A stretch of 64,000 nt of DNA from Eledone cirrhosa (taxonomy: Eukaryota). Position numbers and translations under genes: made by a program. A model generated the notes under the pieces. The model was given only the letters and a program-made list of their open reading frames with translations, made no database searches and was not told the origin of the DNA. Location: positions 409,820,001-409,884,000 of the forward strand of contig OZ024741.1 in NCBI GenBank assembly GCA_964016885.1. The letters run 5' to 3'. The number at the start of each line of letters is the position of its first letter. Within the stretch, counting starts at the first letter, position 1. Shown piece by piece: positions 41,601 to 58,100 of this stretch.

Positions 41601-44600
41601 CCCTGTGTATATCTGGTTTACAATAGGTACACTGTATCCCTGTGTATATCTAGTTTACAATAGGTACACTGTATCCCTGTGTATATCTAGTTTACAATAG
41701 GTACACTGTATCCCTGTGTATATCTGGTTTACAATAGGTACACTGAATCCCTGTATATCTGGTTTACAATAGGTACACTGTATCCCTGTGTATATCAGGT
41801 TTACAATAGGTACACTGTATCCCTGTGTACATCTGGTTTACAATAGGTACACTGTATCCCTGTGTATATCAGGTTTACAATAGGTACACTGCATCCCTGG
41901 GTATATTTGGTTTACAATAGGTACACTGTATTCCTGTGTATATCAGGTTTATGATAGGTACACTGTATCCCTGTGTATATCAGGTTTACGATAGGTACAC
42001 TGTATCCCTGTGTATATCAGGTTTACTATAGGTACACTGTATCCCTGTGTATATCTGGTTTACAATAGGTACACTGTATCCCAGTATATATCTGGTTTAC
42101 AATAGGTACACTGTATCCCAGTGTGTATCAGGTTTACAATAGGTACACTGTATCCCTGTGTATCTGGTTTACAATAGGTACACTGTATCCCTGGGTATAT
42201 CTGGTTTACAACAGGTACACTGTATCCCTGGGTATATCAGGTTTACAATAGCTACACTGTATCCTGATGTATATCTGGTTTACAATAGGTACACTGTATT
42301 CCAGTATATATCTGGTTTACACTAGGTACACTGTATCCCTGGGTATATCTGGTTTACAATAGGTACACTGAATCCCTGTATATCTGGTTTACAATAGGTA
42401 CACTGTATCCCAGTGTATATCTGGTTTACAATAGGTACACTGTATCCCTGTGTATATCTGGTTTACAATAGGTACACTGTATCCCTGTGTATATCTAGTT
42501 TACAATAGGTACACTGTATCCCTGGGTATATCAGGTTTACAATAGGTACACTGTATCCCTGTGTATATCTGGTTTACAATAGGTACACTGTATCCATGGG
42601 TATATCTGGTTTACAATAGGTACACTGTATCCCTGTATATCAGGTTTATTATAGGTATACTGTATCCCTGTGTATATCTGGTTTACAATAGGTACACTGT
42701 ATCCCTGTGTATATCTTGTTTACAATAGGTACACTGTATCCCTGGGTATATCGGGTTTATAATAGGTACACTGTATCCCTGTGTATCTGGTTTACAATAG
42801 GTACACTGTATCCCTGGGTATATCTGGTTTACAATAGGTACACTGTATCCCTGGGTATATCAGGTTTACAATAGGTACACTGTATCCCTGTGTATATCTG
42901 GTTTACAATAGGTACACTCTATCCATGGGTATATCTGGTTTACAATACGTAAACTGTATCCCTGTATATCAGGTTTACTATAGGTACACTGTATCCCTGT
43001 GTATATCTGGTTTACAATAGGTACACTGTATCCCAGTGTATATCTGGTTTACAATAGGTACACTGTATCCCTGGGTATATCGGGTTTATAATAGGTACAC
43101 TGTATCACTGTGTATATCTGGTTTACAATAGGTACACTGTATCCCAGTGTGTATCAGGTTTACTATAGGTACACTGTATCCCTGTGTATATCTGGTTTTC
43201 AATAGGTACACTGTATCCTTGTGTTATATCTGGTTTACAATAGGTACACTGTATCTCAGTGTATGTCTGGTCTACGATAGGTACACTGTATCCCAGTGTA
43301 TATCTGGTTTACAATAGGTTCACTGTATCCCTGTGTATATCAGGTTTACTATAGGTACACTGTATCCCTGTGTATATCTGGTTTTCAATAGGTACACTGT
43401 ATCCTTGTGTTATATCTGGTTTACAATAGGTACACTGTATCCCTGTGTATATCTGGTTTACAATAAGTACACTGTATCCCTGGGTATATCTGGTTTACAA
43501 TAGGTACACTGTATCCCTTTGCATATCAGGTTTACAATAGCTACCCTGTATCCCAGTATATATCTGGTTTACAATAGGTACACTGTATCCCAGTGTGTAT
43601 CAGGTTTACGATAGGTACACTGTATCACTGTATATATCTGGTTTTCAATAGGTACACTGTATCTCTGTGTATATCTAGTTTACAATAGGTACACTGTATC
43701 CCTGTGTATATCAAGTTTACAATAGGTACACTGTATCCCTGTGTATATCAAGTTTACAATAGGTACACTGTATCCCTGTGTATATCTGGTTTACAATAGG
43801 TACACTGTATCCCTGTATATCAGGTTTACAATAGGTACACTGTATCCCTGTGTATCTGGTTTACAATAGGTACACTGTATCCCTGGGTATATCAGGTTTA
43901 CAATAGGTACACTGTATCCTGATGTATATCTGGTTTACAATAGGTACACTGAATCCCTGTATATCTGGTTTACAATAGGTACACTGTATCCCAGTGTATA
44001 TCTGATTTACAATAGGTACACTGTATCCCTGTGTATATCTGGTTTACAATAGGTACACTGTATCCCTGTGTATATCTAGTTTACAATAGGTACACTGTAT
44101 CCCTGTGTATATCTGGTTTACAACAGGTACACTGTATCCCTGTGTATATCTAGTTTACAATAGGTACACTGTATCCCTGTGTATATCTGGTTTACAATAG
44201 GTACACTGAATCCCTGTATATCTGGTTTACAATAGGTACACTGTATCCCTGTGTATATCAGGTTTACAATAGGTATACTGTATCCCTGTGTACATCTGGT
44301 TTACAATAGGTACACTGTATCCCAGTGAGTATCTGGTTTACAATAGGTACACTGTATACCTGTGTATATCAGGTTTACAATAGGTACACTGTATCTCAGT
44401 ATATATCAGGTTTACAATTGGTACACAGTATCCCTGTGTATATCAGGTTTACAATAGGTACACAGTATCGCTGTATATCTGGTTTACAATAGGTACACTG
44501 TCTCCCTGTGTATATCTGGTTTACAATAGGTACACTGTATCCCTGGGTATATCGGGTTTATAATAGGTACACTGTATCACTGTGTATATCTGGTTTACAA

Positions 44601-46180
44601 TAGGTACACTGTATCCCAGTGTGTATCTGGTTTACAATAGGTACACTGTATCCCTGTGTATATCAGGTTTACAATAGGTACACTGTATCCCTGTGTATCT
44701 GGTTTACAATAGGTACACTGTATCCCAGTGTATATCTGGTTTACAATAGGTACACTGTATGCCTGTGTATATCAGGTTTACTATAGGTACACTGTATCCC
44801 TGTGTATATCTGGTTTTCAATAGGTACACTGTATCCTTGCGTTATATCTGGTTTACAATAGGTACACTGTATCCCTGTGTATATCTGGTTTACAATAAGT
44901 ACACTGTATCCCTGGGTATATCTGGTTTACAATAGGTACACTGTATCCCTGTGCATATCAGGTTTACAATAGCTACCCTGTATCCCAGTATATATCTGGT
45001 TTACAATAGGTACACTGTATGCCAGTGTGTATCAGGTTTACAATAGGTATACTCTATCACTGTATATATCTGGTTTTCAATAGGTACACTGTATCTCTGT
45101 GTATATCTAGTTTACAATAGGTACACTGAATCCCTGTCTATATCTGGTTTACAATAGGTACACTGTATCCCTGGGTATATCTGGTTTACAATAGGTACAC
45201 TGTATCCCTGTGTATATCAAGTTTACAATAGGTATACTGTATCCCTGTGTATATCAAGTTTACAATAGGTACACTGTATCCCTGTGTATATCTGGTTTAC
45301 AATAGGTACACTGTATCCCTGTATATCAGGTTTACAATAGGTACACTGTATCCCTGTGTATCTGGTTTACAATAGGTACACTGTATCCCTGGGTATATCT
45401 GGTTTACAACAGGTACACTGTATCCCTGGGTATATCAGGTTTACAATAGGTACACTGTATCCTGATGTATATCTGGTTTACAATAGGTACACTGTATTCC
45501 AGTATATATCTGGTTTACACTAGGTACACTGTATCCCTGGGTATATCTGGTTTACAATAGGGACACTGAATCCCTGTATATCTGGTTTACAATAGGTACA
45601 CTGTATCCCAGTGTATATCTGGTTTACAATAGGTACACTGTATCCCTGTGTATATCTGGTTTACAATAGGTACACTGTATCCCTGTGTATATCTAGTTTA
45701 CAATAGGTACACTGTATCCCTGTGTATATCTAGTTTACAATAGGTACACTGTATCCCTGTGTATATCTGGTTTACAATAGGTACACTGAATCCCTGTATA
45801 TCTGGTTTACAATAGGTACACTGTATCCCTGTGTATATCAGGTTTACAATAGGTACACTGTATCCCTGTGTACATCTGGTTTACAATAGGTACACTGTAT
45901 CCCTGTGTATATCAGGTTTACAATAGGTACACTGCATCCCTGGGTATATTTGGTTTACAATAGGTACACTGTATTCCTGTGTATATCAGGTTTATGATAG
46001 GTACACTGTATCCCTGTGTATATCAGGTTTACGATAGGTACACTGTATCCCTGTGTATATCAGGTTTACTATAGGTACACTGTATCCCTGTGTATATCTG
46101 GTTTACAATAGGTACACTGTATCCCAGTATATATCTGGTTTACAATAGGTACACTGTATCCCAGTGTGTATCAGGTTTAC
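38083..46180. repeat. 4043-bp tandem duplication inside the array (about 38083-42125 / 42126-46180)
   Basis: Offset 4043 for AATACGTAAA 38901/42944, ACAATAGGGA 41511/45554 and ATGATAGG 41951/45994. Confidence 0.85.
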
Positions 46181-49100
46181 GATAGGTACACTGTATCACT
46201 GTATATATCTGGTTTTCAATAGGTACACTGTATCTCTGTGTATATCTAGTTTACAATAGGTACACTGAATCCCTGTCTATATCTGGTTTACAATAGGAAC
46301 ACTGTATCCCTGGGTATATCTGGTTTACAATAGTTACACTGTATCCCTGTGTATATCAAGTTTACAATAGGTACACTGTATCCCTGTGTATATCAAGTTT
46401 ACAATAGGTACACTGTATCCCTGTGTATATCTGGTTTACAATAGGTACACTGTATCCCTGTATATCAGGTTTACAATAGGTACACTGTATCCCTGTGTAT
46501 CTGGTTTACAATAGGTACACTGTATCCCTGGGTATATCAGGTTTACAATAGGTACACTGATCCTGATGTATATCTGGTTTACAATAGGTACACTGTATTC
46601 CAGTATATATCTGGTTTACACTAGGTACACTGTATCCCTGGGTATATCTGGTTTACAATAGGTACACTGAATCCCTGTATATCTGGTTTACAATAGGTAC
46701 ACTGTATCCCTGTGTATATCAGGTTTACAATAGGTACACTGTATCCCTGTGTACATCTGGTTTACAATAGGTACACTGTATCCCAGTGAGTATCTGGTTT
46801 ACAATAGGTACACTGTATACCTGTGTATATCAGGTTTACAATAGGTACACTGTATCTCAGTGTATATCAGGTTTACAATTGGTACACAGTATCCCTGTGT
46901 ATATCAGGTTTACAATAGGTACACAGTATCGCTGTATATCTGGTTTACAATAGGTACACTGTCTCCCTGTGTATATCTGGTTTACAATAGGTACACTGTA
47001 TCCCTGGGTATATCGGGTTTATAATAGGTACACTGTATCACTGTGTATATCTGGTTTACAATAGGTACACTGTATCCCAGTGTGTATCTGGTTTACAATA
47101 GGTACACTGTATCCCTGTGTATATCAGGTTTACAATAGGTACACTGTATCCCTGTGTATCTGGTTTACAATAGGTACACTGTATCCCAGTGTATATCTGG
47201 TTTACAATAGGTACACTGTATGCCTGAGTATATCAGGTTTACTATAGGTACACTGTATCCCTGTGTATATCTGGTTTTCAATAGGTACACTGTATCCTTG
47301 TGTTATATCTGGTTTACAATAGGTACACTGTATCCCTGTGTGTATCAGGTTTACAATAGGTACACTGTATCACTGTATATATCTGGTTTTCAATAGGTAC
47401 ACTGTATCTCTGTGTATATCTAGTTTACAATAGGTACACTGAATCCCTGTCTATATCTGGTTTACAATAGGTACACTGTATCCCTGGGTATATCTGGTTT
47501 ACAATAGGTACACTGTATCCCTGTGTATATCAAGTTTACAATAGGTATACTGTATCCCTGTGTATATCAAGTTTACAATAGGTACACTGTATCCCTGTGT
47601 ATATCTGGTTTACAATAGGTACACTGTATCCCTGTATATCAGGTTTACAATAGGTACACTGTATCCCTGTGTATCTGGTTTACAATAGGTACACTGTATC
47701 CCTGGGTATATCTGGTTTACAATAGGTACACTGTATCCCTGTGTATATCTAGTTTACAATAGGTACACTGTATCCCTGTGTATATCTAGTTTACAATAGG
47801 TACACTGTATCCCTGTGTATATCTGGTTTACAATAGGTACACTGAATCCCTGTATATCTGGTTTACAATAGGTACACTGTATCCCTGTGTATATCAGGTT
47901 TACAATAGGTACACTGTATCCCTGTGTACATCTGGTTTACAATAGGTACACTGTATCCCTGTGTATATCAGGTTTACAATAGGTACACTGCATCCCTGGG
48001 TATATTTGGTTTACAATAGGTACACTGTATTCCTGTGTATATCAGGTTTATGATAGGTACACTGTATCCCTGTGTATATCAGGTTTACGATAGGTACACT
48101 GTATCCCTGTGTATATCAGGTTTACTATAGGTACACTGTATCCCTGTGTATATCTGGTTTACAATAGGTACACTGTATCCCAGTATATATCTGGTTTACA
48201 ATAGGTACACTGTATCCCAGTGTGTATCAGGTTTACGATAGGTACACTGTATCACTGTATATATCTGGTTTTCAATAGGTACACTGTATCTCTGTGTATA
48301 TCTAGTTTACAATAGGTACACTGAATCCCTGTCTATATCTGGTTTACAATAGGAACACTGTATCCCTGGGTATATCTGGTTTACAATAGTTACACTGTAT
48401 CCCTGTGTATATCAAGTTTACAATAGGTACACTGTATCCCTGTGTATATCAAGTTTACAATAGGTACACTGTATCCCTGTGTATATCTGGTTTACAATAG
48501 GTACACTGTATCCCTGTATATCAGGTTTACAATAGGTACACTGTATCCCTGTGTATCTGGTTTACAATAGGTACACTGTATCCCTGGGTATATCAGGTTT
48601 ACAATAGGTACACTGATCCTGATGTATATCTGGTTTACAATAGGTACACTGTATTCCAGTATATATCTGGTTTACACTAGGTACACTGTATCCCTGGGTA
48701 TATCTGGTTTACAATAGGTACACTGTATCCCAGTGAGTATCTGGTTTACAATAGGTACACTGTATACCTGTGTATATCAGGTTTACAATAGGTACACTGT
48801 ATCTCAGTGTATATCAGGTTTACAATTGGTACACAGTATCCCTGTGTATATCAGGTTTACAATAGGTACACAGTATCGCTGTATATCTGGTTTACAATAG
48901 GTACACTGTCTCCCTGTGTATATCTGGTTTACAATAGGTACACTGTATCCCTGGGTATATCGGGTTTATAATAGGTACACTGTATCACTGTGTATATCTG
49001 GTTTACAATAGGTACACTGTATCCCAGTGTGTATCTGGTTTACAATAGGTACACTGTATCCCTGTGTATATCAGGTTTACAATAGGTACACTGTATCCCT

Positions 49101-52100
49101 GTGTATCTGGTTTACAATAGGTACACTGTATCCCAGTGTATATCTGGTTTACAATAGGTACACTGTATGCCTGTGTATATCAGGTTTACTATAGGTACAC
49201 TGTATCCCTGTGTATATCTGGTTTTCAATAGGTACACTGTATCCTTGTGTTATATCTGGTTTACAATAGGTACACTGTATCCCTGTGTGTATCAGGTTTA
49301 CAATAGGTACACTGTATCACTGTATATATCTGGTTTTCAATAGGTACACTGTATCTCTGTGTATATCTAGTTTACAATAGGTACACTGAATCCCTGTCTA
49401 TATCTGGTTTACAATAGGTACACTGTATCCCTGTGTATATCAAGTTTACAATAGGTATACTGTATCCCTGTGTATATCAAGTTTACAATAGGTACACTGT
49501 ATCCCTGTGTATATCAGGTTTACAATAGGTACACTGTATCCCTGTGTATCTGGTTTACAATAGGTACACTGTATCCCTGGGTATATCTGGTTTACAACAG
49601 GTACACTGTATCCCTGGGTATATCAGGTTTACAATAGGTACACTGTATCCTGATGTATATCTGGTTTACAATAGGTACACTGTATTCCAGTATATATCTG
49701 GTTTACACTAGGTACACTGTATCCCTGGGTATATCTGGTTTACAATAGGTACACTGAATCCCTGTATATCTGGTTTACAATAGGTACACTGTATCCCAGT
49801 GTATATCTGGTTTACAATAGGTACACTGTATCCCTGTGTATATCTGGTTTACAATAGGTACACTGTATCCCTGTGTATATCTGGTTTACAATAGGTACAC
49901 TGTATCCATGGGTATATCTGGTTTACAATAGGTACACTGTATCCCTGTATATCAGGTTTATTATAGGTATACTGTATCCCTGTGTATATCTGGTTTACAA
50001 TAGGTACACTGTATCCCTGTGTATATCTTGTTTACAATAGGTACACTGTATCCCTGGGTATATCGGGTTTATAATAGGTACACTGTATCCCTGTGTATCT
50101 GGTTTACAATAGGTACACTGTATCCCTGGGTATATCTGGTTTACAATAGGTACACTGTATCCCTGGGTATATCAGGTTTACAATAGGTACACTGTATCCC
50201 TGTGTATATCTGGTTTACAATAGGTACACTCTATCCATGGGTATATCTGATTTACAATACGTAAACTGTATCCCTGTATATCAGGTTTACTATAGGTACA
50301 CTGTATCCCTGTGTATATCTGGTTTACAATAGGTACACTGTATCCCAGTGTATATCTGGTTTACAATAGGTACACTGTATCCCTGGGTATATCGGGTTTA
50401 TAATAGGTACACTGTATCACTGTGTATATCTGGTTTACAATAGGTACACTGTATCCCAGTGTGTATCAGGTTTACTATAGGTACACTGTATCCCTGTGTA
50501 TATCTGGTTTTCAATAGGTACACTGTATCCTTGTGTTATATCTGGTTTACAATAGGTACACTGTATCTCAGTGTATGTCTGGTCTACGATAGGTACACTG
50601 TATCCCAGTGTATATCTGGTTTACAATAGGTTCACTGTATCCCTGTGTATATCAGGTTTACTATAGGTACACTGTATCCCTGTGTATATCTGGTTTTCAA
50701 TAGGTACACTGTATCCTTGTGTTATATCTGGTTTACAATAGGTACACTGTATCCCTGTGTATATCTGGTTTACAATAAGTACACTGTATCCCTGGGTATA
50801 TCTGGTTTACAATAGGTACACTGTATCCCTGTGCATATCAGGTTTACAATAGCTACCCTGTATCCCAGTATATATCTGGTTTACAATAGGTACACTGTAT
50901 CCCAGTGTGTATCAGGTTTACGATAGGTACACTGTATCACTGTATATATCTGGTTTTCAATAGGTACACTGTATCTCTGTGTATATCTAGTTTACAATAG
51001 GTACACTGAATCCCTGTCTATATCTGGTTTACAATAGGAACACTGTATCCCTGGGTATATCTGGTTTACAATAGTTACACTGTATCCCTGTGTATATCAA
51101 GTTTACAATAGGTACACTGTATCCCTGTGTATATCAAGTTTACAATAGGTACACTGTATCCCTGTGTATCTGGTTTACAATAGGTACACTGTATCCCAGT
51201 GTATATCTGGTTTACAATAGGTACACTGTATGCCTGTGTATATCAGGTTTACTATAGGTACACTGTATCCCTGTGTATATCTGGTTTTCAATAGGTACAC
51301 TGTATCCTTGTGTTATATCTGGTTTACAATAGGTACACTGTATCCCTGTGTGTATCAGGTTTACAATAGGTACACTGTGTCACTGTATGTATCTGGTTTT
51401 CAATAGGTACACTGTATCTCTGTGTATATCTAGTTTACAATAGGTACACTGAATCCCTGTCTATATCTGGTTTACAATAGGTACACTGTATCCCTGGGTA
51501 TATCTGGTTTACAATAGGTACACTGTATCCCTGTGTATATCAAGTTTACAATAGGTATACTGTATCCCTGTGTATATCAAGTTTACAATAGGTACACTGT
51601 ATCCCTGTGTATATCTGGTTTACAATAGGTACACTGTATCCCTGTATATCAGGTTTACAATAGGTACACTGTATCCCTGTGTATCTGGTTTACAATAGGT
51701 ACACTGTATCCCTGGGTATATCTGGTTTACAACAGGTACACTGTATCCCTGGGTATATCAGGTTTACAATAGGTACACTGTATCCTGATGTATATCTGGT
51801 TTACAATAGGTACACTGTATTCCAGTATATATCTGGTTTACACTAGGTACACTGTATCCCTGGGTATATCTGGTTTACAATAGGTACACTGAATCCCTGT
51901 ATATCTGGTTTACAATAGGTACACTGTATCCCAGTGTATATCTGGTTTACAATAGGTACACTGTATCCCTGTGTATATCTGGTTTACAATAGGTACACTG
52001 TATCCCTGTGTATATCTGGTTTACAATAGGTACACTGTATCCATGGGTATATCTGGTTTACAATAGGTACACTGTATCCCTGTATATCAGGTTTATTATA

Positions 52101-55100
52101 GGTATACTGTATCCCTGTGTATATCTGGTTTACAATAGGTACACTGTATCCCTGTGTATATCTTGTTTACAATAGGTACACTGTATCCCTGGGTATATCG
52201 GGTTTATAATAGGTACACTGTATCCCTGTGTATCTGGTTTACAATAGGTACACTGTATCCCTGGGTATATCTGGTTTACAATAGGTACACTGTATCCCTG
52301 GGTATATCAGGTTTACAATAGGTACACTGTATCCCTGTGTATATCTGGTTTACAATAGGTACACTCTATCCATGGGTATATCTGATTTACAATACGTAAA
52401 CTGTATCCCTGTATATCAGGTTTACTATAGGTACACTGTATCCCTGTGTATATCTGGTTTACAATAGGTACACTGTATCCCAGTGTATATCTGGTTTACA
52501 ATAGGTACACTGTATCCCTGGGTATATCGGGTTTATAATAGGTACACTGTATCACTGTGTATATCTGGTTTACAATAGGTACACTGTATCCCAGTGTGTA
52601 TCAGGTTTACTATAGGTACACTGTATCCCTGTGTATATCTGGTTTTCAATAGGTACACTGTATCCTTGTGTTATATCTGGTTTACAATAGGTACACTGTA
52701 TCTCAGTGTATGTCTGGTCTACGATAGGTACACTGTATCCCAGTGTATATCTGGTTTACAATAGGTTCACTGTATCCCTGTGTATATCAGGTTTACTATA
52801 GGTACACTGTATCCCTGTGTATATATGGTTTTCAATAGGTACACTGTATCCTTGTGTTATATCTGGTTTACAATAGGTACACTGTATCCCTGTGTATATC
52901 TGGTTTACAATAAGTACACTGTATCCCTGGGTATATCTGGTTTACAATAGGTACACTGTATCCCTGTGCATATCAGGTTTACAATAGCTACCCTGTATCC
53001 CAGTATATATCTGGTTTACAATAGGTACACTGTATCCCAGTGTGTATCAGGTTTACGATAGGTACACTGTATCACTGTATATATCTGGTTTTCAATAGGT
53101 ACACTGTATCTCTGTGTATATCTAGTTTACAATAGGTACACTGAATCCCTGTCTATATCTGGTTTACAATAGGAACACTGTATCCCTGGGTATATCTGGT
53201 TTACAATAGTTACACTGTATCCCTGTGTATATCAAGTTTACAATAGGTACACTGTATCCCTGTGTATATCAAGTTTACAATAGGTACACTGTATCCCTGT
53301 GTATATCTGGTTTACAATAGGTACACTGTATCCCTGTATATCAGGTTTACAATAGGTACAATGTATCCCTGTGTATCTGGTTTACAATAGGTACACTGTA
53401 TCCCTGGGTATATCAGGTTTACAATAGGTACACTGTATCCTGATGTATATCTGGTTTACAATAGGTACACTGAATCCCTGTATATCTGGTTTACAATAGG
53501 TACACTGTATCCCAGTGTATATCTGATTTACAATAGGTACACTGTATCCCTGTGTATATCTGGTTTACAATAGGTACACTGTATCCCTGTGTATATCTAG
53601 TTTACAATAGGTACACTGTATCCCTGTGTATATCTGGTTTACAATAGGTACACTGTATCCCTGTGTATATCTAGTTTACAATAGGTACACTGTATCCCTG
53701 TGTATATCTGGTTTACAATAGGTACACTGAATCCCTGTATATCTGGTTTACAATAGGTACACTGTATCCCTGTGTATATCAGGTTTACAATAGGTACACT
53801 GTATCCCTGTGTACATCTGGTTTACAATAGGTACACTGTATCCCAGTGAGTATCTGGTTTACAATAGGTACACTGTATACCTGTGTATATCAGGTTTACA
53901 ATAGGTACACTGTATCTCAGTGTATATCAGGTTTACAATTGGTACACAGTATCCCTGTGTATATCAGGTTTACAATAGGTACACAGTATCGCTGTATATC
54001 TGGTTTACAATAGGTACACTGTCTCCCTGTGTATATCTGGTTTACAATAGGTACACTGTATCCCTGGGTATATCGGGTTTATAATAGGTACACTGTATCA
54101 CTGTGTATATCTGGTTTACAATAGGTACACTGTATCCCAGTGTGTATCTGGTTTACAATAGGTACACTGTATCCCTGTGTATATCAGGTTTACAATAGGT
54201 ACACTGTATCCCTGTGTATCTGGTTTACAATAGGTACACTGTATCCCAGTGTATATCTGGTTTACAATAGGTACACTGTATCCCTGTGTATATCAGGTTT
54301 ACTATAGGTACACTGTATCCCTGTGTATATCTGGTTTTCAATAGGTACACTGTATCCTTGTGTTATATCTGGTTTACAATAGGTACACTGTATCCCTGTG
54401 TATATCTGGTTTACAATAAGTACACTGTATCCCTGGGTATATCTGGTTTACAATAGGTACACTGTATCCCTGTGCATATCAGGTTTACAATAGCTACCCT
54501 GTATCCCAGTATATATCTGGTTTACAATAGGTACACTGTATGCCAGTGTGTATCAGGTTTACAATAGGTACACTCTATCACTGTATATATCTGGTTTTCA
54601 ATAGGTACACTGTATCTCTGTGTATATCTAGTTTACAATAGGTACACTGAATCCCTGTCTATATCTGGTTTACAATAGGTACACTGTATCCCTGGGTATA
54701 TCTGGTTTACAATAGGTACACTGTATCCCTGTGTATATCAAGTTTACAATAGGTATACTGTATCCCTGTGTATATCAAGTTTACAATAGGTACACTGTAT
54801 CCCTGTGTATATCTGGTTTACAATAGGTACACTGTATCCCTGTATATCAGGTTTACAATAGGTACACTGTATCCCTGTGTATCTGGTTTACAATAGGTAC
54901 ACTGTATCCCTGGGTATATCTGGTTTACAACAGGTACACTGTATCCCTGGGTATATCAGGTTTACAATAGGTACACTGTATCCTGATGTATATCTGGTTT
55001 ACAATAGGTACACTGTATTCCAGTATATATCTGGTTTACACTAGGTACACTGTATCCCTGGGTATATCTGGTTTACAATAGGGACACTGAATCCCTGTAT

Positions 55101-58100
55101 ATCTGGTTTACAATAGGTACACTGTATCCCAGTGTATATCTGGTTTACAATAGGTACACTGTATCCCTGTGTATATCTGGTTTACAATAGGTACACTGTA
55201 TCCCTGTGTATATCTAGTTTACAATAGGTACACTGTATCCCTGTGTATATCTGGTTTACAATAGGTACACTGAATCCCTGTATATCTGGTTTACAATAGG
55301 TACACTGTATCCCTGTGTATATCAGGTTTACAATAGGTACACTGTATCCCTGTGTACATCTGGTTTACAATAGGTACACTGTATCCCTGTGTATATCAGG
55401 TTTACAATAGGTACACTGCATCCCTGGGTATATTTGGTTTACAATAGGTACACTGTATTCCTGTGTATATCAGGTTTATGATAGGTACACTGTATCCCTG
55501 TGTATATCAGGTTTACGATAGGTACACTGTATCCCTGTGTATATCAGGTTTACTATAGGTACACTGTATCCCTGTGTATATCTGGTTTACAATAGGTACA
55601 CTGTATCCCAGTATATATCTGGTTTACAATAGGTACACTGTATCCCAGTGTGTATCAGGTTTACGATAGGTACACTGTATCACTGTATATATCTGGTTTT
55701 CAATAGGTACACTGTATCTCTGTGTATATCTAGTTTACAATAGGTACACTGAATCCCTGTCTATATCTGGTTTACAATAGGAACACTGTATCCCTGGGTA
55801 TATCTGGTTTACAATAGTTACACTGTATCCCTGTGTATATCAAGTTTACAATAGGTACACTGTATCCCTGTGTATATCAAGTTTACAATAGGTACACTGT
55901 ATCCCTGTGTATATCTGGTTTACAATAGGTACACTGTATCCCTGTATATCAGGTTTACAATAGGTACACTGTATCCCTGTGTATCTGGTTTACAATAGGT
56001 ACACTGTATCCCTGGGTATATCAGGTTTACAATAGGTACACTGTATCCTGATGTATATCTGGTTTACAATAGGTACACTGTATTCCAGTATATATCTGGT
56101 TTACACTAGGTACACTGTATCCCTGGGTATATCTGGTTTACAATAGGTACACTGAATCCCTGTATATCTGGTTTACAATAGGTACACTGTATCCCTGTGT
56201 ATATCAGGTTTACAATAGGTACACTGTATCCCTGTGTACATCTGGTTTACAATAGGTACACTGTATCCCAGTGAGTATCTGGTTTACAATAGGTACACTG
56301 TATACCTGTGTATATCAGGTTTACAATAGGTACACTGTATCTCAGTGTATATCAGGTTTACAATTGGTACACAGTATCCCTGTGTATATCAGGTTTACAA
56401 TAGGTACACAGTATCGCTGTATATCTGGTTTACAATAGGTACACTGTCTCCCTGTGTATATCTGGTTTACAATAGGTACACTGTATCCCTGGGTATATCG
56501 GGTTTATAATAGGTACACTGTATCACTGTGTATATCTGGTTTACAATAGGTACACTGTATCCCAGTGTGTATCTGGTTTACAATAGGTACACTGTATCCC
56601 TGTGTATATCAGGTTTACAATAGGTACACTGTATCCCTGTGTATCTGGTTTACAATAGGTACACTGTATCCCAGTGTATATCTGGTTTACAATAGGTACA
56701 CTGTATGCCTGTGTATATCAGGTTTACTATAGGTACACTGTATCCCTGTGTATATCTGGTTTTCAATAGGTACACTGTATCCTTGTGTTATATCTGGTTT
56801 ACAATAGGTACACTGTATCCCTGTGTATATCTGGTTTACAATAAGTACACTGTATCCCTGGGTATATCTGGTTTACAATAGGTACACTGTATCCCTGTGC
56901 ATATCAGGTTTACAATAGCTACCCTGTATCCCAGTATATATCTGGTTTACAATAGGTACACTGTATGCCAGTGTGTATCAGGTTTACAATAGGTACACTC
57001 TATCACTGTATATATCTGGTTTTCAATAGGTACACTGTATCTCTGTGTATATCTAGTTTACAATAGGTACACTGAATCCCTGTCTATATCTGGTTTACAA
57101 TAGGTACACTGTATCCCTGGGTATATCTGGTTTACAATAGGTACACTGTATCCCTGTGTATATCAAGTTTACAATAGGTATACTGTATCCCTGTGTATAT
57201 CAAGTTTACAATAGGTACACTGTATCCCTGTGTATATCTGGTTTACAATAGGTACACTGTATCCCTGTATATCAGGTTTACAATAGGTACACTGTATCCC
57301 TGTGTATCTGGTTTACAATAGGTACACTGTATCCCTGTGTATATCTGGTTTTCAACAGGTACACTGTATCCCTGGGTATATCTAGTTTACAATAGGTACA
57401 CTGTATCCCTGTGTATATCTGGTTTACAATAGGTACACTGAATCCCTGTATATCTGGTTTACAATAGGTACACTGTATCCCTGTGTATATCAGGTTTACA
57501 ATAGGTACACTGCATCCCTGGGTATATTTGGTTTACAATAGGTACACTGTATTCCTGTGTATATCAGGTTTATGATAGGTACACTGTATCCCTGTGTATA
57601 TCAGGTTTACGATAGGTACACTGTATCCCTGTGTATATCAGGTTTACTATAGGTACACTGTATCCCTGTGTATATCTGGTTTACAATAGGTACACTGTAT
57701 CCCAGTATATATCTGGTTTACAATAGGTACACTGTATCCCAGTGTGTATCAGGTTTACGATAGGTACACTGTATCACTGTATATATCTGGTTTTCAATAG
57801 GTACACTGTATCTCTGTGTATATCTAGTTTACAATAGGTACACTGAATCCCTGTCTATATCTGGTTTACAATAGGAACACTGTATCCCTGGGTATATCTG
57901 GTTTACAATAGTTACACTGTATCCCTGTGTATATCAAGTTTACAATAGGTACACTGTATCCCTGTGTATATCAAGTTTACAATAGGTACACTGTATCCCT
58001 GTGTATATCTGGTTTACAATAGGTACACTGTATCCCTGTATATCAGGTTTACAATAGGTACACTGTATCCCTGTGTATCTGGTTTACAATAGGTACACTG

